The position numbers were made by a program, and so were the translations under genes. This document shows positions 46,206 through 57,263 of a DNA stretch of 64,000 nt, piece by piece. The notes under the pieces are model-generated. The model was not told the origin of the DNA. It ran no database searches and was given only the letters and a program-made list of their open reading frames with translations. This stretch comes from Candidatus Kapaibacterium sp. (GTDB lineage Bacteria; Bacteroidota; Ignavibacteria; Kapaibacteriales; UBA2268): positions 288,001-352,000 of the forward strand of contig OY761611.1 of NCBI GenBank assembly GCA_963664875.1. The letters run 5' to 3'. The number at the start of each line of letters is the position of its first letter. The stretch's first letter is position 1.

Positions 46206-48146
46206 TTGAATTACCTATACGATATATCAATTGTTATTGTCAATTACAATGTCAAAGATTTTTTAAAGCAATGCCTTGATTCTATCAGAGAATCTTCAAA
46301 TAATTTAAAAGTAGAGACAATTGTCGTTGATAATGATTCGCAAGATGGCTCTGTAGAGCTATTAGAACCTCTATACCCGGAAGTTAATTTCATTGCCTCA
46401 AAAGAAAATTTAGGGTTTGGTAGAGCGAATAATTTAGGGTTTGATATATCAAGAGGAAAATACATTCTAATCCTGAACCCTGATACGATACTTAATGAAG
46501 ATACATTAGAAATAATGTACGATTACATGGAGAATAATCCCCACGTAGGGATTTCCGGATGTAAAGTACTCAATTCTGATGGCTCTTTCCAATTAGCTTG
46601 CCGCAGAGGTTTTCCTACTCCATGGGCAGCCTTTTCAAAACTATTTGGCCTTCAAAAAGTATTTCCCAATTCTAAATTGTTTGCACAGTACAATCAGACA
46701 TTTAGATCTGTTGATGAAACTTACTATATAGATGCTGTTATCGGTGCTTTTATGTTTTCGAGAGCCGATGTAATTAAAAGTGTCAATGGATTTGACCCTG
46801 AGTTTTTTATGTACGGAGAAGATTTAGATTTATGTTTTAGAGTGCAGCAAGCCGGTTACAAAATTGCATATAATCATACAACTTCTATTATTCACTATAA
46901 AGGTGAAAGCACTAAGAGAAGCTCAATAAACGAAGTTAAACACTTCTATGAAGCAATGGAGATATTTGCCCGTAAACACTTCGGGAAATCTGCGGTTTTA
47001 CTCAAATTTCTTAGATTAGGAATATATCTCAGAGCCGGTGCAGCTTATTTGAACAAATATAAACATGATCTGTTTTACATTTTAGCAGATTTGTTTTCAA
47101 TAAACTTTGCTTTGTTGCTTGCCACAAAAATTCGTACAGGTGCTTTTCTTGGTTTGTTGGAGATAACTTATCCATTTATCTTCATTCTATTCGGCTTAGT
47201 CGTTTTTGCTTCAATATTTTCAGTCGGTGGCTATTTCGAAAGGAAATACGGCATTGCAAAAGCATTTTACGGATTGATGGTAAGTTTCTTTGTCCTTAGC
47301 TCACTTACATATCTCTTTAAGGAATTTGATTACACAAGTCGTGGAATATTACTTCTTACAGTTAGTTTTGCATCTATTTTTACAACTGCCAGCCGAATTG
47401 TAGGGCTGACTATAAAACGCGTTTTTGCAAAAAAATCTCTTCGCAGGGTGGCTTTTGTAGGTCAAAACGAACATACGGAAAGTTTGATTGCAGAACTCCA
47501 AAAGTCTAATCCCGAACAACTTGTATTAGAAGGAATAATAGTCACAGAAACTGCTGAAAACCTTACGCCTAAATATAATTATCTTGGAAGATTTGATGAT
47601 ATTGAAAAAATTATTGGCGAAAGCAATCTGAACGAAATCATAATCACAGATAAAAGTATTTCAAGAAGTAGTATTATGAACATCCTTTCCAAAATATCAC
47701 ACCTGAATGTGCGTTTTCATATTGCACATGAGTATGAGGATTTGATATTTTCGAGATTGGTGAGTGAGATAACTGGAGCAGGTCCTGATGTACCTCAAAA
47801 TAAATTGGCTATCCCAAGATACAGATTTTTCAAAAGAGGCTTTGATTTACTTTTTTCTTTTGCATTTCTGACAATTTTATCTCCTTTGTTTCTTTCTAAA
47901 TTCGGTCTCAAAAAATACAAAAACTTATTATCTGTAGTGAGTGGTAGAAAGTCTTTAATCGGAACTGCAAAATCAAATCAAAGTGTTGATAAATCCAGAA
48001 AAGAAGGTATATTTTCGCTTTTAGACTTATCTGCCAATGTTATTGAGTCAGAGCAAACAAGCAACAATCTCAATAATTATTATTTGCAAAACTACAATTT
48101 TTACTTAGATTTAGAAATATTATTCAAAATACTATTTAGAAGATAA
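46206..48146 (+). CDS. GT2 (WbbL-like) fused to a degenerate WcaJ-like module
   Basis: N-half [40 protein letters not shown]; C-half four TMs, Rossmann-like segment and KRGFD...LDLEIL; TTG start. Confidence 0.88.
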   Translation: MNYLYDISIVIVNYNVKDFLKQCLDSIRESSNNLKVETIVVDNDSQDGSVELLEPLYPEVNFIASKENLGFGRANNLGFDISRGKYILILNPDTILNEDTLEIMYDYMENNPHVGISGCKVLNSDGSFQLACRRGFPTPWAAFSKLFGLQKVFPNSKLFAQYNQTFRSVDETYYIDAVIGAFMFSRADVIKSVNGFDPEFFMYGEDLDLCFRVQQAGYKIAYNHTTSIIHYKGESTKRSSINEVKHFYEAMEIFARKHFGKSAVLLKFLRLGIYLRAGAAYLNKYKHDLFYILADLFSINFALLLATKIRTGAFLGLLEITYPFIFILFGLVVFASIFSVGGYFERKYGIAKAFYGLMVSFFVLSSLTYLFKEFDYTSRGILLLTVSFASIFTTASRIVGLTIKRVFAKKSLRRVAFVGQNEHTESLIAELQKSNPEQLVLEGIIVTETAENLTPKYNYLGRFDDIEKIIGESNLNEIIITDKSISRSSIMNILSKISHLNVRFHIAHEYEDLIFSRLVSEITGAGPDVPQNKLAIPRYRFFKRGFDLLFSFAFLTILSPLFLSKFGLKKYKNLLSVVSGRKSLIGTAKSNQSVDKSRKEGIFSLLDLSANVIESEQTSNNLNNYYLQNYNFYLDLEILFKILFRR

Positions 48147-49099
48147 TGGCAAAAATTATATTAGAGTTCGAAAAACCAATAGTAGAACTCGAAAAGAAAA
48201 TCGAAGAAATGAAAGCTCTTAGTGAAGAGTTGGATATAAGCGATGAAATAGTAAAGTTGGAAGCGAAAGTCGAAGAGCTTCGTGCAGATATTTACAAAAA
48301 CTTAACTCGTTGGCAAAGAGTTCAATTAGCACGACATCCAGAAAGACCCATAACTTCAGACTATATTAGTAATATGTTTTCTGATTTTATGGAACTACAT
48401 GGCGACAGGAAATTTAAAGATGACCCTGCTATTATAGGCGGCATGGCATACTTAGGCGACCAACCTGTGATGGTAGTAGGTCACCAAAAAGGACGAGATA
48501 CAAAATCGAATCTTTACAGAAATTTTGGTATGTCTAATCCGGAAGGTTATAGAAAAGCAGCCAGACTTTTTGCCATGGCTGAAAAATTTAACCGACCAAT
48601 TATTACTATTTTGGATACACCCGGTGCTTTCCCCGGTCTGGAAGCAGAAGAAAGAGGTCAAGCTGAAGCAATAGCTGCAAATCTATTGCAAATGAGCTCT
48701 TTAAAAGTACCCATAATTGTTGTTGTTATTGGAGAGGGTGCTTCAGGAGGTGCTATTGGCATCGGAGTCGGTGATAGAATTCTTATGCTTGAAAATGCAT
48801 GGTACTCAGTTATTTCCCCTGAGTCATGTTCTTCTATTCTTTGGAGAAGCTGGGACTATAAAGAACAAGCAGCTGAAGCATTAAAATTAACTGCAATAGA
48901 CTTACTCGAGCAGAAAATTATTGACAGAATTATTGAAGAGCCTATAGGAGGAGCCCACAGGAATCCTTCAGCAATTTTCGAAAATCTTAAGACTGTTTTG
49001 ATTGAAGAACTTGAAGAACTCAAATCAAAAAATACGAATTTATTAGTTTCTAATCGCAGACAAAAATTCTACGAAATGGGTGTTTGGGAAAATAAATAG
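48146..49099 (+). CDS. accA: Acetyl-CoA carboxylase carboxyltransferase alpha subunit
   Basis: [58 protein letters not shown]. Confidence 0.97.
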   Translation: MAKIILEFEKPIVELEKKIEEMKALSEELDISDEIVKLEAKVEELRADIYKNLTRWQRVQLARHPERPITSDYISNMFSDFMELHGDRKFKDDPAIIGGMAYLGDQPVMVVGHQKGRDTKSNLYRNFGMSNPEGYRKAARLFAMAEKFNRPIITILDTPGAFPGLEAEERGQAEAIAANLLQMSSLKVPIIVVVIGEGASGGAIGIGVGDRILMLENAWYSVISPESCSSILWRSWDYKEQAAEALKLTAIDLLEQKIIDRIIEEPIGGAHRNPSAIFENLKTVLIEELEELKSKNTNLLVSNRRQKFYEMGVWENK

Positions 49100-49160
49100 A
49101 ACTTTAGATTAACAATATTAAGTTGAATGGTAAGAGATAACAAAAAGAAAGGATATTAGA

Positions 49161-49763
49161 TTGAAATTGTTAGTAAATTGGTTACGAAAAGCAAAGGAAT
49201 GGACTGAAAGTTTTGCTGAAAAAAAATATGCCATGTTAGCTATATTTCTGCTTGCTTTTGCAGAATCATCATTTTTCCTGATTCCGCCTGACGTTTTATT
49301 GATTGCCATCGCTGTATCAATGCCGAAAAAATCATATAAAGCTGCTTTTTGGTGTACTATAGGATCTGTTTTAGGAGGTATTTTTGGCTATTACATAGGC
49401 TATTCTCTAATGGATTCTATCGGGATGCCTATAGTAGAATTCTACCATGCACAAGAAACGTGGGCAATGCTTCAAGAAAAATTTCAAGGTGATGTTGGAA
49501 TTGGATTTTTGGCAGCTGCAGCTTTTTCACCCATACCCTATAAAATAGCAACAATTTCAGCGGGAGCAACCCACATGGACTTAGCTTATTTTATAGGCAT
49601 ATCTTCGATTGGCAGAGCTGCAAGATTCTTTATTGTTGCGTCTCTGTTTTGGTTTGCCGGTCCTAAAATAAAGGATTATATAGAAAAATACTTTGATAAA
49701 CTTTCTCTTGCTTTTGTGATACTTTTGGTGCTCGGATTTGTTGCAGTGAAATTGGTATTTTAA
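49161..49763 (+). CDS. DedA/VTT-family membrane protein (YqaA-like)
   Basis: AFAESSFF.IPPD, GSVLGG, SPIPYK, GRAARFF; TTG start after AAGGA. Confidence 0.88.
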   Translation: MKLLVNWLRKAKEWTESFAEKKYAMLAIFLLAFAESSFFLIPPDVLLIAIAVSMPKKSYKAAFWCTIGSVLGGIFGYYIGYSLMDSIGMPIVEFYHAQETWAMLQEKFQGDVGIGFLAAAAFSPIPYKIATISAGATHMDLAYFIGISSIGRAARFFIVASLFWFAGPKIKDYIEKYFDKLSLAFVILLVLGFVAVKLVF

Positions 49764-50921
49764 TTGAAAAAAATATTATACGTTTGGGATAAACACTACC
49801 CTTGGGATGTAAGAACCGAAAAAATTACAGAAAGTCTTGCTTTAGCAGGATACGATGTCCACGTCCTTGCCAGATGGAAGGGAGAAGAAAAAGAAAACGA
49901 GCAGTTTGCTAATGTCAAAATAAGAAGAGTTGGTTATAAAAGTCCTGCAATCTTAACATTACCCATATATGGGAATCTTTTTTGGAATTCGGCAATAAGA
50001 AAAGCAGTTAAAGAACTTAAGCCGGATTTGATAATAGTACGAGAAATAATTTTAGGAATTCAAACCGGAAAAATTGCGAAATCTTTCAATATTCCGATAA
50101 TTATGGATATGGCAGAAAATTATCCGGCAGCTATGAGAGATTGGAAAGAGTATAACCAAAATGCAGTTCTTCGTTTTCTTGTCCATTCTCTAAAGATACC
50201 TGATTGGATAGAGAAGAAAAGCGTCAAACTGATGTCTGGTATAATTACAGTATGCAAGGAACAAAACAGCAGATTATCAGATTCTTATAGCTACCCATTG
50301 CAAAATTGCGTTGTTGTACATAATACTCCACTGAAAGGAAGTATTACAAGCAATCCATTAACTCAGAATCAAATAATTACCTTTTGTCATCACGGTCATT
50401 TGACATCAGAAAAAGACGTATCGAAGTTTGTAAAAGCATTTATTGCTGCTTGTGATAAAAAGAATAATTTATATCTGAAATTGGCAGGAGGCGGGCATTG
50501 CTTAGACGATTTGAAGCAGATAGTCTCTGCATCCAAGCATGAGAATAAAATCGATTTCTTAGGTAAATACGATTATAAAGACTTATCAAAAATCCTTGCT
50601 TCATGTAACATCGGAGTAATTCCATATCAAATAAGCGACTTTAATCAATACACTATACACAATAAAATCTTTGACTATTTTGCAGCCGGCAGACCTGTCT
50701 TAGTTTCCGAAAATAATCCCCAAAAAAGGGTAATCGAAGAAACAAATGCCGGATGGATAGCTGACTGTGAAAATATTGAAGAACTGACAAAAGTTATTCT
50801 TTCAATTGCTGATACAGATTTACAACCATTTTCTAAAAATGCCATTGAAGCATCTAATAAGTATTGCTGGGAAAATGATTTTAAATCACTTCTTGACTTT
50901 GTCAATAAATTTATAAAGTGA
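49764..50921 (+). CDS. Glycosyltransferase family 4
   Basis: YPWDVR, HNTP, GVIP, NKIFDYFAAGRPV. Confidence 0.88.
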   Translation: MKKILYVWDKHYPWDVRTEKITESLALAGYDVHVLARWKGEEKENEQFANVKIRRVGYKSPAILTLPIYGNLFWNSAIRKAVKELKPDLIIVREIILGIQTGKIAKSFNIPIIMDMAENYPAAMRDWKEYNQNAVLRFLVHSLKIPDWIEKKSVKLMSGIITVCKEQNSRLSDSYSYPLQNCVVVHNTPLKGSITSNPLTQNQIITFCHHGHLTSEKDVSKFVKAFIAACDKKNNLYLKLAGGGHCLDDLKQIVSASKHENKIDFLGKYDYKDLSKILASCNIGVIPYQISDFNQYTIHNKIFDYFAAGRPVLVSENNPQKRVIEETNAGWIADCENIEELTKVILSIADTDLQPFSKNAIEASNKYCWENDFKSLLDFVNKFIK

Positions 50922-50922
50922 T

Positions 50923-53739
50923 TCACGCAATAGAATGTACACTCGGTAGTGAAAATTTGAAACTGCTACCTTGCCCTTCAACACTCTCTACCCAAATTTT
51001 GCCGTTGTTTTTTTCGACAAACTCCTTACAAAGAATAAGGCCCAAACCGGTACCTTCTTCTTTTTGAACACCTATTGTAGTATGATGCACATCTATTCTA
51101 AAAAGTTTACTAATATCTTCTTGAGAAATACCAATGCCATCGTCTTTGACTTCGAATGCAACAATATTTTCCTGTTCAAACGCATTTATTTCAATATTGC
51201 CGCCCTCGGGAGTAAATTTTAGAGCATTAGACACAAGATTTCTTATTACAGTTTCTACCATATTGCTATCGCAATAACATACTAAATCCTCATCAATGTT
51301 ATTTGCTAAATTGATATGTTTCTTCATAGCTTTTGTGCTTAGCAGTTTTGAGACTTTGTTTGCTAAGTAATGCATATCTATATAGTCAGGATTGAAATTA
51401 ATCGTTCCGCTTTGGCTTCTTGACCATTGTAATAGATTTTGCAGTAGTTCGGTCACATGAGTAACACTACTGTGGATTTGTTTGATATTGTCATCAAGAT
51501 TTTTACTGTCGCCTCTTTGATTATTTTTAATAACCATGTGAGATGCTAACAAAATTTCCTGAAGTGGATTTTTTAAATCATGAGCAATGATAGAAAAGAA
51601 TTTATCTTTTGCAGCATTAGCTTCTTTGAGTTTCTGCTCAGATACTTTGAGTTTTTTCTCGGCTTTACGAATGTCAGTAATATCATTTAATACACCGATT
51701 ATGCCTCCGACAGACATATCATTGTTATAGAATGTTGCCTTGTTCACTATACAGATTCGTTCGTAATTGTGTAAGTTTAGCACAGTTTCAATTGATTTTA
51801 TACCCGGATTCGTTTGGAGTTCGGTATCAAGTTTGTGGAACATATCAGCTTCTTCCTGAGGCAACAAATCATGGACTGTTTTCCCAATTATGTCTGATTT
51901 TTCTAAATTAAAGAATTTTTGATAGTGTTTGTTGCAACCTAAGTAAATACCATTTGTGTCTTTATAATATAAAGGATTTGGTATGTCTTCTACTAATGTT
52001 TCTAAAAATTTGTTTTTATTTTGTATGTCCTCCTGGTGCCTTTTGCGTGCAGTGATATTGATAATTACTGCTATTACTGCTTCCGCTTTACCATCATTGT
52101 CCTTAAGAACTGAAGCAGAGACGTCACCCCAGAAAACATTACCATTTTTATCTATATACCTATTCTCTATATGGTAGTTTTTTTGCTTGCCATCAACCAA
52201 ACTTTTGAAAAGATAGTCTGTTTTGAAAACATCTTCAGGATTTACAACATCTTTATAAGTTAGCTTTAGAGCCTCATCTGCTGAATATTTATACATATCA
52301 GACCATGCTCTATTGATAAATTTGATGTTGCCGTTAGTATCAAAAATGCAAATAGCGACAATTGCATTGTTAAATATAGCAGTTAGCTTGTTCTTATTAG
52401 AACTGAGTTCCAGATTTATAGTTTCTAATTCTGCCTTTTGAGCAAGTATTTCTTTGTTTTTGATTTCCATCAAATTGTTTTCATGTTGATTTTTTTGATA
52501 CCTGCGGAAAAGCAAAAATGCAAGAATCATACTAAGAATAGCTATTACTATCAAAAAAGTTTCAACCTGACGTTTTGTAGATGCTTCATTTTGCGAAACA
52601 GCTATGTTTTTTTCTGTGTCGTGCAATTCGCTAAGAAGACTCAATTTCTTAATTGACTCTGTCTGGATAGCTTGATGGAGTGAATCTCGTAATGTACATT
52701 TTTCAAGTAAAACACCATCAGCCAATTCAAATTTCTTCTGTGCTTTTAGAAGCTCATACTTAGTATCTAAAATCAACATCTTTAAATCAGGTGTGTTTTC
52801 AGCTTCAGTTAATGCGGTGGCCAAAGAAAAATAGTGCTCAGCAGAATCAATCTGCTGTTTAAAAGAATATATTTTGCTAAAGCGCAACAATGTATTTATC
52901 TGCAGATGATTATCATTAGACACAATTACATCATCTAAGCAATCGAAAAGATAATCAATAGATGTTTCAAAATCTTTCTTTTTGAAATACATATCTGCAA
53001 GATTAAACTTGGTGCGTGCAATCTGTCCAATATTATTAGTAGTTTTAAATTGAGCAATGGTTTTAACAAAATATACTTTTGCAGAATCATATTGTTCCAT
53101 ATCTGCAAATATCAAAGCCTTATTATTAGATGCAAAAGCAAGGAGTTTAAAATTTTGTAGTTCTATGGCAAGACTGTAAGCATTGTTTATATATTCTATA
53201 GCTTTGGAATGTTGTTTAGTATTCCAATAAACTTTTGCAAGTGTAAAATAGAATTTTAGTTCTAATTCTTTATCTACAATATTTTTTGCTTTTTCTAATC
53301 CTTTGAAAGCATATTTGAAGCTATTATCAAAAGATTCTAAATTGATAAATAAATTACTTAACTGATAATCTGCAATCGCATCTTTGTCAATCATCTCAAG
53401 TTCTTCAAAGACAGCTTGTGACTTTTTCAAATTTGTAAAAGCAGGTAAGTAATTGCCCATTTTGTTTTGAAATATTGCATATTCTAAATCAATTAGAGCA
53501 ATAAGTGATTTTTCCTGTGACTTACTAATCTCGCTGTAAGCTTCTTTGTAAAGGATGTAAGCTTCCTCTGCATTATTTCCGGGTAAGCTTTTCAAAAGAG
53601 AAATGTATAACTCTGTTTTTTCGTTATACGTTTTACTTTTTCTGAGTGCATCGTATAAACTATCAATTTTGTTATTTGCAAAACTAATGCTTATATTTAA
53701 TGTTGCTATAAACAGCAGAACGATATATATATTTTTCAT
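50923..53739 (-). CDS. Membrane sensor histidine kinase (periplasmic TPR - TM - PAS - PAS - HisKA - HATPase)
   Basis: Signal peptide from MKNIYIV (53739), TPR helices, TM, two PAS/PAC domains, AHDLKNP, NLVSNALKF, DDGIG, GTGLGL. Confidence 0.93.
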   Translation of the reverse strand: MKNIYIVLLFIATLNISISFANNKIDSLYDALRKSKTYNEKTELYISLLKSLPGNNAEEAYILYKEAYSEISKSQEKSLIALIDLEYAIFQNKMGNYLPAFTNLKKSQAVFEELEMIDKDAIADYQLSNLFINLESFDNSFKYAFKGLEKAKNIVDKELELKFYFTLAKVYWNTKQHSKAIEYINNAYSLAIELQNFKLLAFASNNKALIFADMEQYDSAKVYFVKTIAQFKTTNNIGQIARTKFNLADMYFKKKDFETSIDYLFDCLDDVIVSNDNHLQINTLLRFSKIYSFKQQIDSAEHYFSLATALTEAENTPDLKMLILDTKYELLKAQKKFELADGVLLEKCTLRDSLHQAIQTESIKKLSLLSELHDTEKNIAVSQNEASTKRQVETFLIVIAILSMILAFLLFRRYQKNQHENNLMEIKNKEILAQKAELETINLELSSNKNKLTAIFNNAIVAICIFDTNGNIKFINRAWSDMYKYSADEALKLTYKDVVNPEDVFKTDYLFKSLVDGKQKNYHIENRYIDKNGNVFWGDVSASVLKDNDGKAEAVIAVIINITARKRHQEDIQNKNKFLETLVEDIPNPLYYKDTNGIYLGCNKHYQKFFNLEKSDIIGKTVHDLLPQEEADMFHKLDTELQTNPGIKSIETVLNLHNYERICIVNKATFYNNDMSVGGIIGVLNDITDIRKAEKKLKVSEQKLKEANAAKDKFFSIIAHDLKNPLQEILLASHMVIKNNQRGDSKNLDDNIKQIHSSVTHVTELLQNLLQWSRSQSGTINFNPDYIDMHYLANKVSKLLSTKAMKKHINLANNIDEDLVCYCDSNMVETVIRNLVSNALKFTPEGGNIEINAFEQENIVAFEVKDDGIGISQEDISKLFRIDVHHTTIGVQKEEGTGLGLILCKEFVEKNNGKIWVESVEGQGSSFKFSLPSVHSIA

Positions 53740-53789
53740 TATCTCACTTGCTGAGTAAAAAAGTATGCTTTGATTTTTGTAGTAGATGA

Positions 53790-53797
53790 CAAATATA
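53790..53797 (-). promoter_or_regulatory. -7 promoter element for the TPR-PAS kinase
   Basis: TATATTTG on the minus strand 50 nt before ATG 53739; supports the later start. Confidence 0.45.
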
Positions 53798-53853
53798 TAT
53801 AGATAATTGTTTGTCAATCTGCTTAAAATATAAACTAATAAAAACTTAACACA

Positions 53854-54324
53854 ATGCCAAAAATCATATCAAATACAATACAATTTCACATAGCTAAATA
53901 TAATGATTCTGCTAATAGATTCGAACATCTTCTGCTCAAAAGAGCAAGTAATGCAAAACTATATCCCAATGTATGGCAGGTAGTTACAGGCACAATAGAA
54001 TCAGGAGAAACAGCACTTGCCACGGCAAAAAGAGAATTAGAAGAAGAGACAAAATTATCAACATTAAAAATATGGACTTTGCCTTATATAACGCAATATT
54101 TTGATGTAAAAAATGATGCAATTGGATTAGCTCCTTGCTTTGCGGCGTTAGTCGGAAAAGATAGTCGAGTTATATTATCAAAAGAACACAGTGAATATAA
54201 ATGGTGTGTACTGGAAGAAGCAGTAGATATATTGCCTTTACCATCGCATAAAGAGGCTGCTGAGGTTTTCGAAAAATGTATTTTAGAGAATCATCTTCAA
54301 AAAATGTTTGAAATAACAATATAA
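53854..54324 (+). CDS. NUDIX hydrolase (NudB-like)
   Basis: WQVVTG followed by Nudix box GTIESGETALATAKRELEEET; LS.EH. Confidence 0.85.
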   Translation: MPKIISNTIQFHIAKYNDSANRFEHLLLKRASNAKLYPNVWQVVTGTIESGETALATAKRELEEETKLSTLKIWTLPYITQYFDVKNDAIGLAPCFAALVGKDSRVILSKEHSEYKWCVLEEAVDILPLPSHKEAAEVFEKCILENHLQKMFEITI

Positions 54325-54338
54325 AAGGTTTGCCCGAA

Positions 54339-55196
54339 ATGGAGAAAACGGTTGCGGTCGTCCTGATAACATACAACAGATTAGAATTGCTAAAAGAAGT
54401 TTTGGCAGGAATTAAAGCTCAAACTTTCCCAATAGATTCCATAATTGTTGTTAATAATGGTTCAACTGACGGCACTAAGGAATGGTTAGAAAGTCTGGAT
54501 TATATTACACTTATCACACAAGATAATGTTGGATCTTCAGGTGGTCAATATACAGGAATAAAAGCAGCTGCAGCAACAGGTGCCGAATGGATATGGACGA
54601 TGGATGATGATGTAGTACCTGCACCGGATTGTTTAAAACAACTGATGTCAATAGAAGGCGATGAGCTTGTTAGAGCTCCGCTTAGATACTCTGTAGATGG
54701 GGATGTATTCTATAATGATGTTTTAAATCTGAATCTTTCTAATCCTTTTTCAAGTATTTGGGATGGCATTTTATCCCAAAAAGACTTAAAAGATAATATT
54801 ATTCCGGCTGAAGGAATTACTTTCGAAGGACCTGTGTTCAAAGCAAGCTATGTGGCGGCAGTAGGACTCCCTGAGAAGAAATTCTTTATTTATGCAGATG
54901 ATACTGATTATATGATTAGACTGACTAAAGCAGGTGCAAAATGTGTAATAGTCAGAGATGCTAAATTGCAGCGAAAACTACCTGTACCCAAAATTGATAT
55001 TGCTTTAAATTGGAAGTCATATTATATGGTTAGAAATATAATAGCCATAGACAGGTTGCATGGAGATTTGTTTGTAAGTCTTTTGAGGCCTTTTGCCTAT
55101 CTATTAAGTTGGTCAATGAAATGTAAATCAGTTAAAGAACTTAAAACTGTCTTTAAGGCATTTGTTGACGGATATTTATATAAGTCAGATAATTAG
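54339..55196 (+). CDS. Glycosyltransferase family 2
   Basis: TYNR, NNGSTDGT, NVGSSGG, WTMDDD, FFIYADD.DY, YYMVRN. ATG 54339, or TTG 54330. Confidence 0.9.
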   Translation: MEKTVAVVLITYNRLELLKEVLAGIKAQTFPIDSIIVVNNGSTDGTKEWLESLDYITLITQDNVGSSGGQYTGIKAAAATGAEWIWTMDDDVVPAPDCLKQLMSIEGDELVRAPLRYSVDGDVFYNDVLNLNLSNPFSSIWDGILSQKDLKDNIIPAEGITFEGPVFKASYVAAVGLPEKKFFIYADDTDYMIRLTKAGAKCVIVRDAKLQRKLPVPKIDIALNWKSYYMVRNIIAIDRLHGDLFVSLLRPFAYLLSWSMKCKSVKELKTVFKAFVDGYLYKSDN

Positions 55197-55203
55197 AAAT
55201 AAT

Positions 55204-55234
55204 AAAGGCAAAGATTATTACGATCTTTGCCTTT
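55204..55234. terminator. Bidirectional terminator between GT2 and glmS
   Basis: Perfect 12-bp stem AAAGGCAAAGAT / ATCTTTGCCTTT, 7-nt loop, between convergent stops. Confidence 0.8.
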
Positions 55235-55242
55235 GATAAATT

Positions 55243-57075
55243 TTATTCGACTGTAACACTTTTTGCTAAATTACGAGGCTGATCAACATTACATTCCAAT
55301 TCAACAGCTATATAGTAAGCCAATAACTGCAAAGGAATCACTGACAAAATAGGAGTGAGGATTGGCAAAGTTTCAGGTATATAAATCACATGATTAGCAA
55401 ATCGTTTGATATTTTCATCACCTTCAGTTGCTACTGCAATTATTTTACCTTCTCGAGCTTTAACTACCTCAATGTTATTGATTATTTTATCGTAAATTTC
55501 ATCTTTCGTCGCAATAAAGACAACCGGCATATTTTTATCAATCAAAGCGATTGGTCCATGCTTCATTTCAGCAGCAGGGTAACCTTCAGCATGGATATAT
55601 GAAATTTCCTTTAGCTTTAAAGCACCTTCCAATGCTACAGGATAATTAACACCTCTGCCGAGATACAAGAAATTTTTAGCTTGAGCATATTGCTTTGCTA
55701 TTTCTCTTATTTTATCAGATTGATCCAATATGTGTTGAATTTTTTCAGGCAAAAGCACAATTTCTTCAGCAATTCGTTTACCTTCACTAAAAGAAAGATT
55801 TTTCATTCTACCAAGATACAAACCAAACAGAGTCAAAGTCGCAATTTGTGAAGTAAATGCTTTTGTAGAAGCTACTCCAATCTCAGGACCGGCATGAATG
55901 TAAATACCGGCTTCTGTTTCTCTTGCAATTTGGCTGCCGACTGCATTTACAATCCCAAGAGTCATTGCACCTTTACGTTTTGCTTCGACTACTGCAGCTA
56001 AAGTATCAGCAGTTTCTCCGCTTTGAGAAATTGCAAAAAGTACGTCATCTTCTGAAATTACAGGATTTCTATATCTGAATTCAGAAGCATACTCGACCTC
56101 TACCGGCACCTGAGCTAATTGCTCTATAATGTACTCAGCTACTAATCCGGCATGCCACGATGTGCCACAAGCCGTAATGATAATTCTTTTTGCTGATCTA
56201 ATCTTTTCAAAAACAGGTCTTAAACCACCTAATTTCACGTTTCCTTCTTCGAGAAGTAATCTACCTCTAAAAGCATCTTGTATTGTATCAGGTTGTTCAA
56301 ATATTTCTTTTAACATGAAATGTGAAAAACCACCTTTTTCGATTTGTGATAAATCGAAATCAATTTCATGTATGCTGCTTTTGGTTGCTTTATTGTCAAT
56401 AGTTTTAGTGCTGATACCAGTACCGTTTACTATTGCCATTTCGTTATCAGCCAAATATATCACATTTTTAGTATATTGGATTATTGCAGCTGCATCAGAA
56501 GCAACTATATATTCTTCGTCCCCAACTCCAATTACAACCGGAGACCCTCTTCGTGCAGTTATTAGCTTATCCGGGCACTCTTTGCACATAACTATTATAC
56601 CAAATGTACCATTTACTTCTGAGAGTGCTAAACGAACTGCTTCTTCCAAATTATTGACTTTTGAGTAAAGCATACCAATAAATGCTGCCAACACTTCAGA
56701 ATCAGTTTCAGATTTGAAGGTATATCCGTCTTTTAAAAGTTTTTGTTTCAGTATGTTATAGTTCTCAATAATTCCATTATGTACAATGGAAATATCTCCA
56801 CTGTTATCAGAATGAGGATGAGCATTTATATCATTTGGGAAACCATGCGTAGCCCATCTTGTGTGAGCTATGCCTATAGTAGCATTATAAGAAGAAGGAT
56901 CAAAAGCTTTTTCAAGTTCAGAAACTTTTCCTCTTTTTTTTGTTGTCAAAATTGAGCCGTTTTCTAAAATAGCAACACCTGCTGAATCATAACCTCTGTA
57001 TTCCATTCTTTTTAAGCCTGCCAAAAGCACATTGGCAGCTTCTCGTTTACCTATATATCCAACTATTCCACACAT
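55243..57075 (-). CDS. glmS: Glutamine--fructose-6-phosphate aminotransferase
   Basis: MCGIVG, EYRGYDSAG, HTRWATHG, HNGIIEN, SQSGETADT, ASTKAF, EGALKLKE, PRNLAKSVTVE. Confidence 0.98.
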   Translation of the reverse strand: MCGIVGYIGKREAANVLLAGLKRMEYRGYDSAGVAILENGSILTTKKRGKVSELEKAFDPSSYNATIGIAHTRWATHGFPNDINAHPHSDNSGDISIVHNGIIENYNILKQKLLKDGYTFKSETDSEVLAAFIGMLYSKVNNLEEAVRLALSEVNGTFGIIVMCKECPDKLITARRGSPVVIGVGDEEYIVASDAAAIIQYTKNVIYLADNEMAIVNGTGISTKTIDNKATKSSIHEIDFDLSQIEKGGFSHFMLKEIFEQPDTIQDAFRGRLLLEEGNVKLGGLRPVFEKIRSAKRIIITACGTSWHAGLVAEYIIEQLAQVPVEVEYASEFRYRNPVISEDDVLFAISQSGETADTLAAVVEAKRKGAMTLGIVNAVGSQIARETEAGIYIHAGPEIGVASTKAFTSQIATLTLFGLYLGRMKNLSFSEGKRIAEEIVLLPEKIQHILDQSDKIREIAKQYAQAKNFLYLGRGVNYPVALEGALKLKEISYIHAEGYPAAEMKHGPIALIDKNMPVVFIATKDEIYDKIINNIEVVKAREGKIIAVATEGDENIKRFANHVIYIPETLPILTPILSVIPLQLLAYYIAVELECNVDQPRNLAKSVTVE

Positions 57076-57106
57076 ATTTTCAATCTCAATAGTTAATTAC
57101 GAACAA

Positions 57107-57114
57107 CAAAGATA
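57107..57114 (-). promoter_or_regulatory. -7 promoter element for glmS
   Basis: TATCTTTG on the minus strand 31 nt upstream of the ATG. Confidence 0.55.
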
Positions 57115-57263
57115 ATAAAAATTGAGCATATTAAATACTCGATAATTATATTACCCTTTAGCAAATAATTGGTTCTAAAAATATAGGGTAAATTGCTCTT
57201 GTATTTATCTTGAAAGTTTGTTAATTTAGGTTTTTTGAAAATAATTATAAAAAGTATATTATT

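Noticed and set aside
53740-53817. ORF-track N-terminal extension of the TPR-PAS kinase
   Set aside because: The signal peptide begins at ATG 53739 and a promoter element lies inside the extension.
57151-57191. Inverted repeat TTACCCT / AGGGTAA
   Set aside because: Only 7-bp arms with a 27-nt spacer; within chance expectation.
57076-57263. glmS ribozyme upstream of glmS
   Set aside because: A -7 element 31 nt from the ATG implies a ~25-nt leader, far too short, and the region is AT-rich without the ribozyme core.
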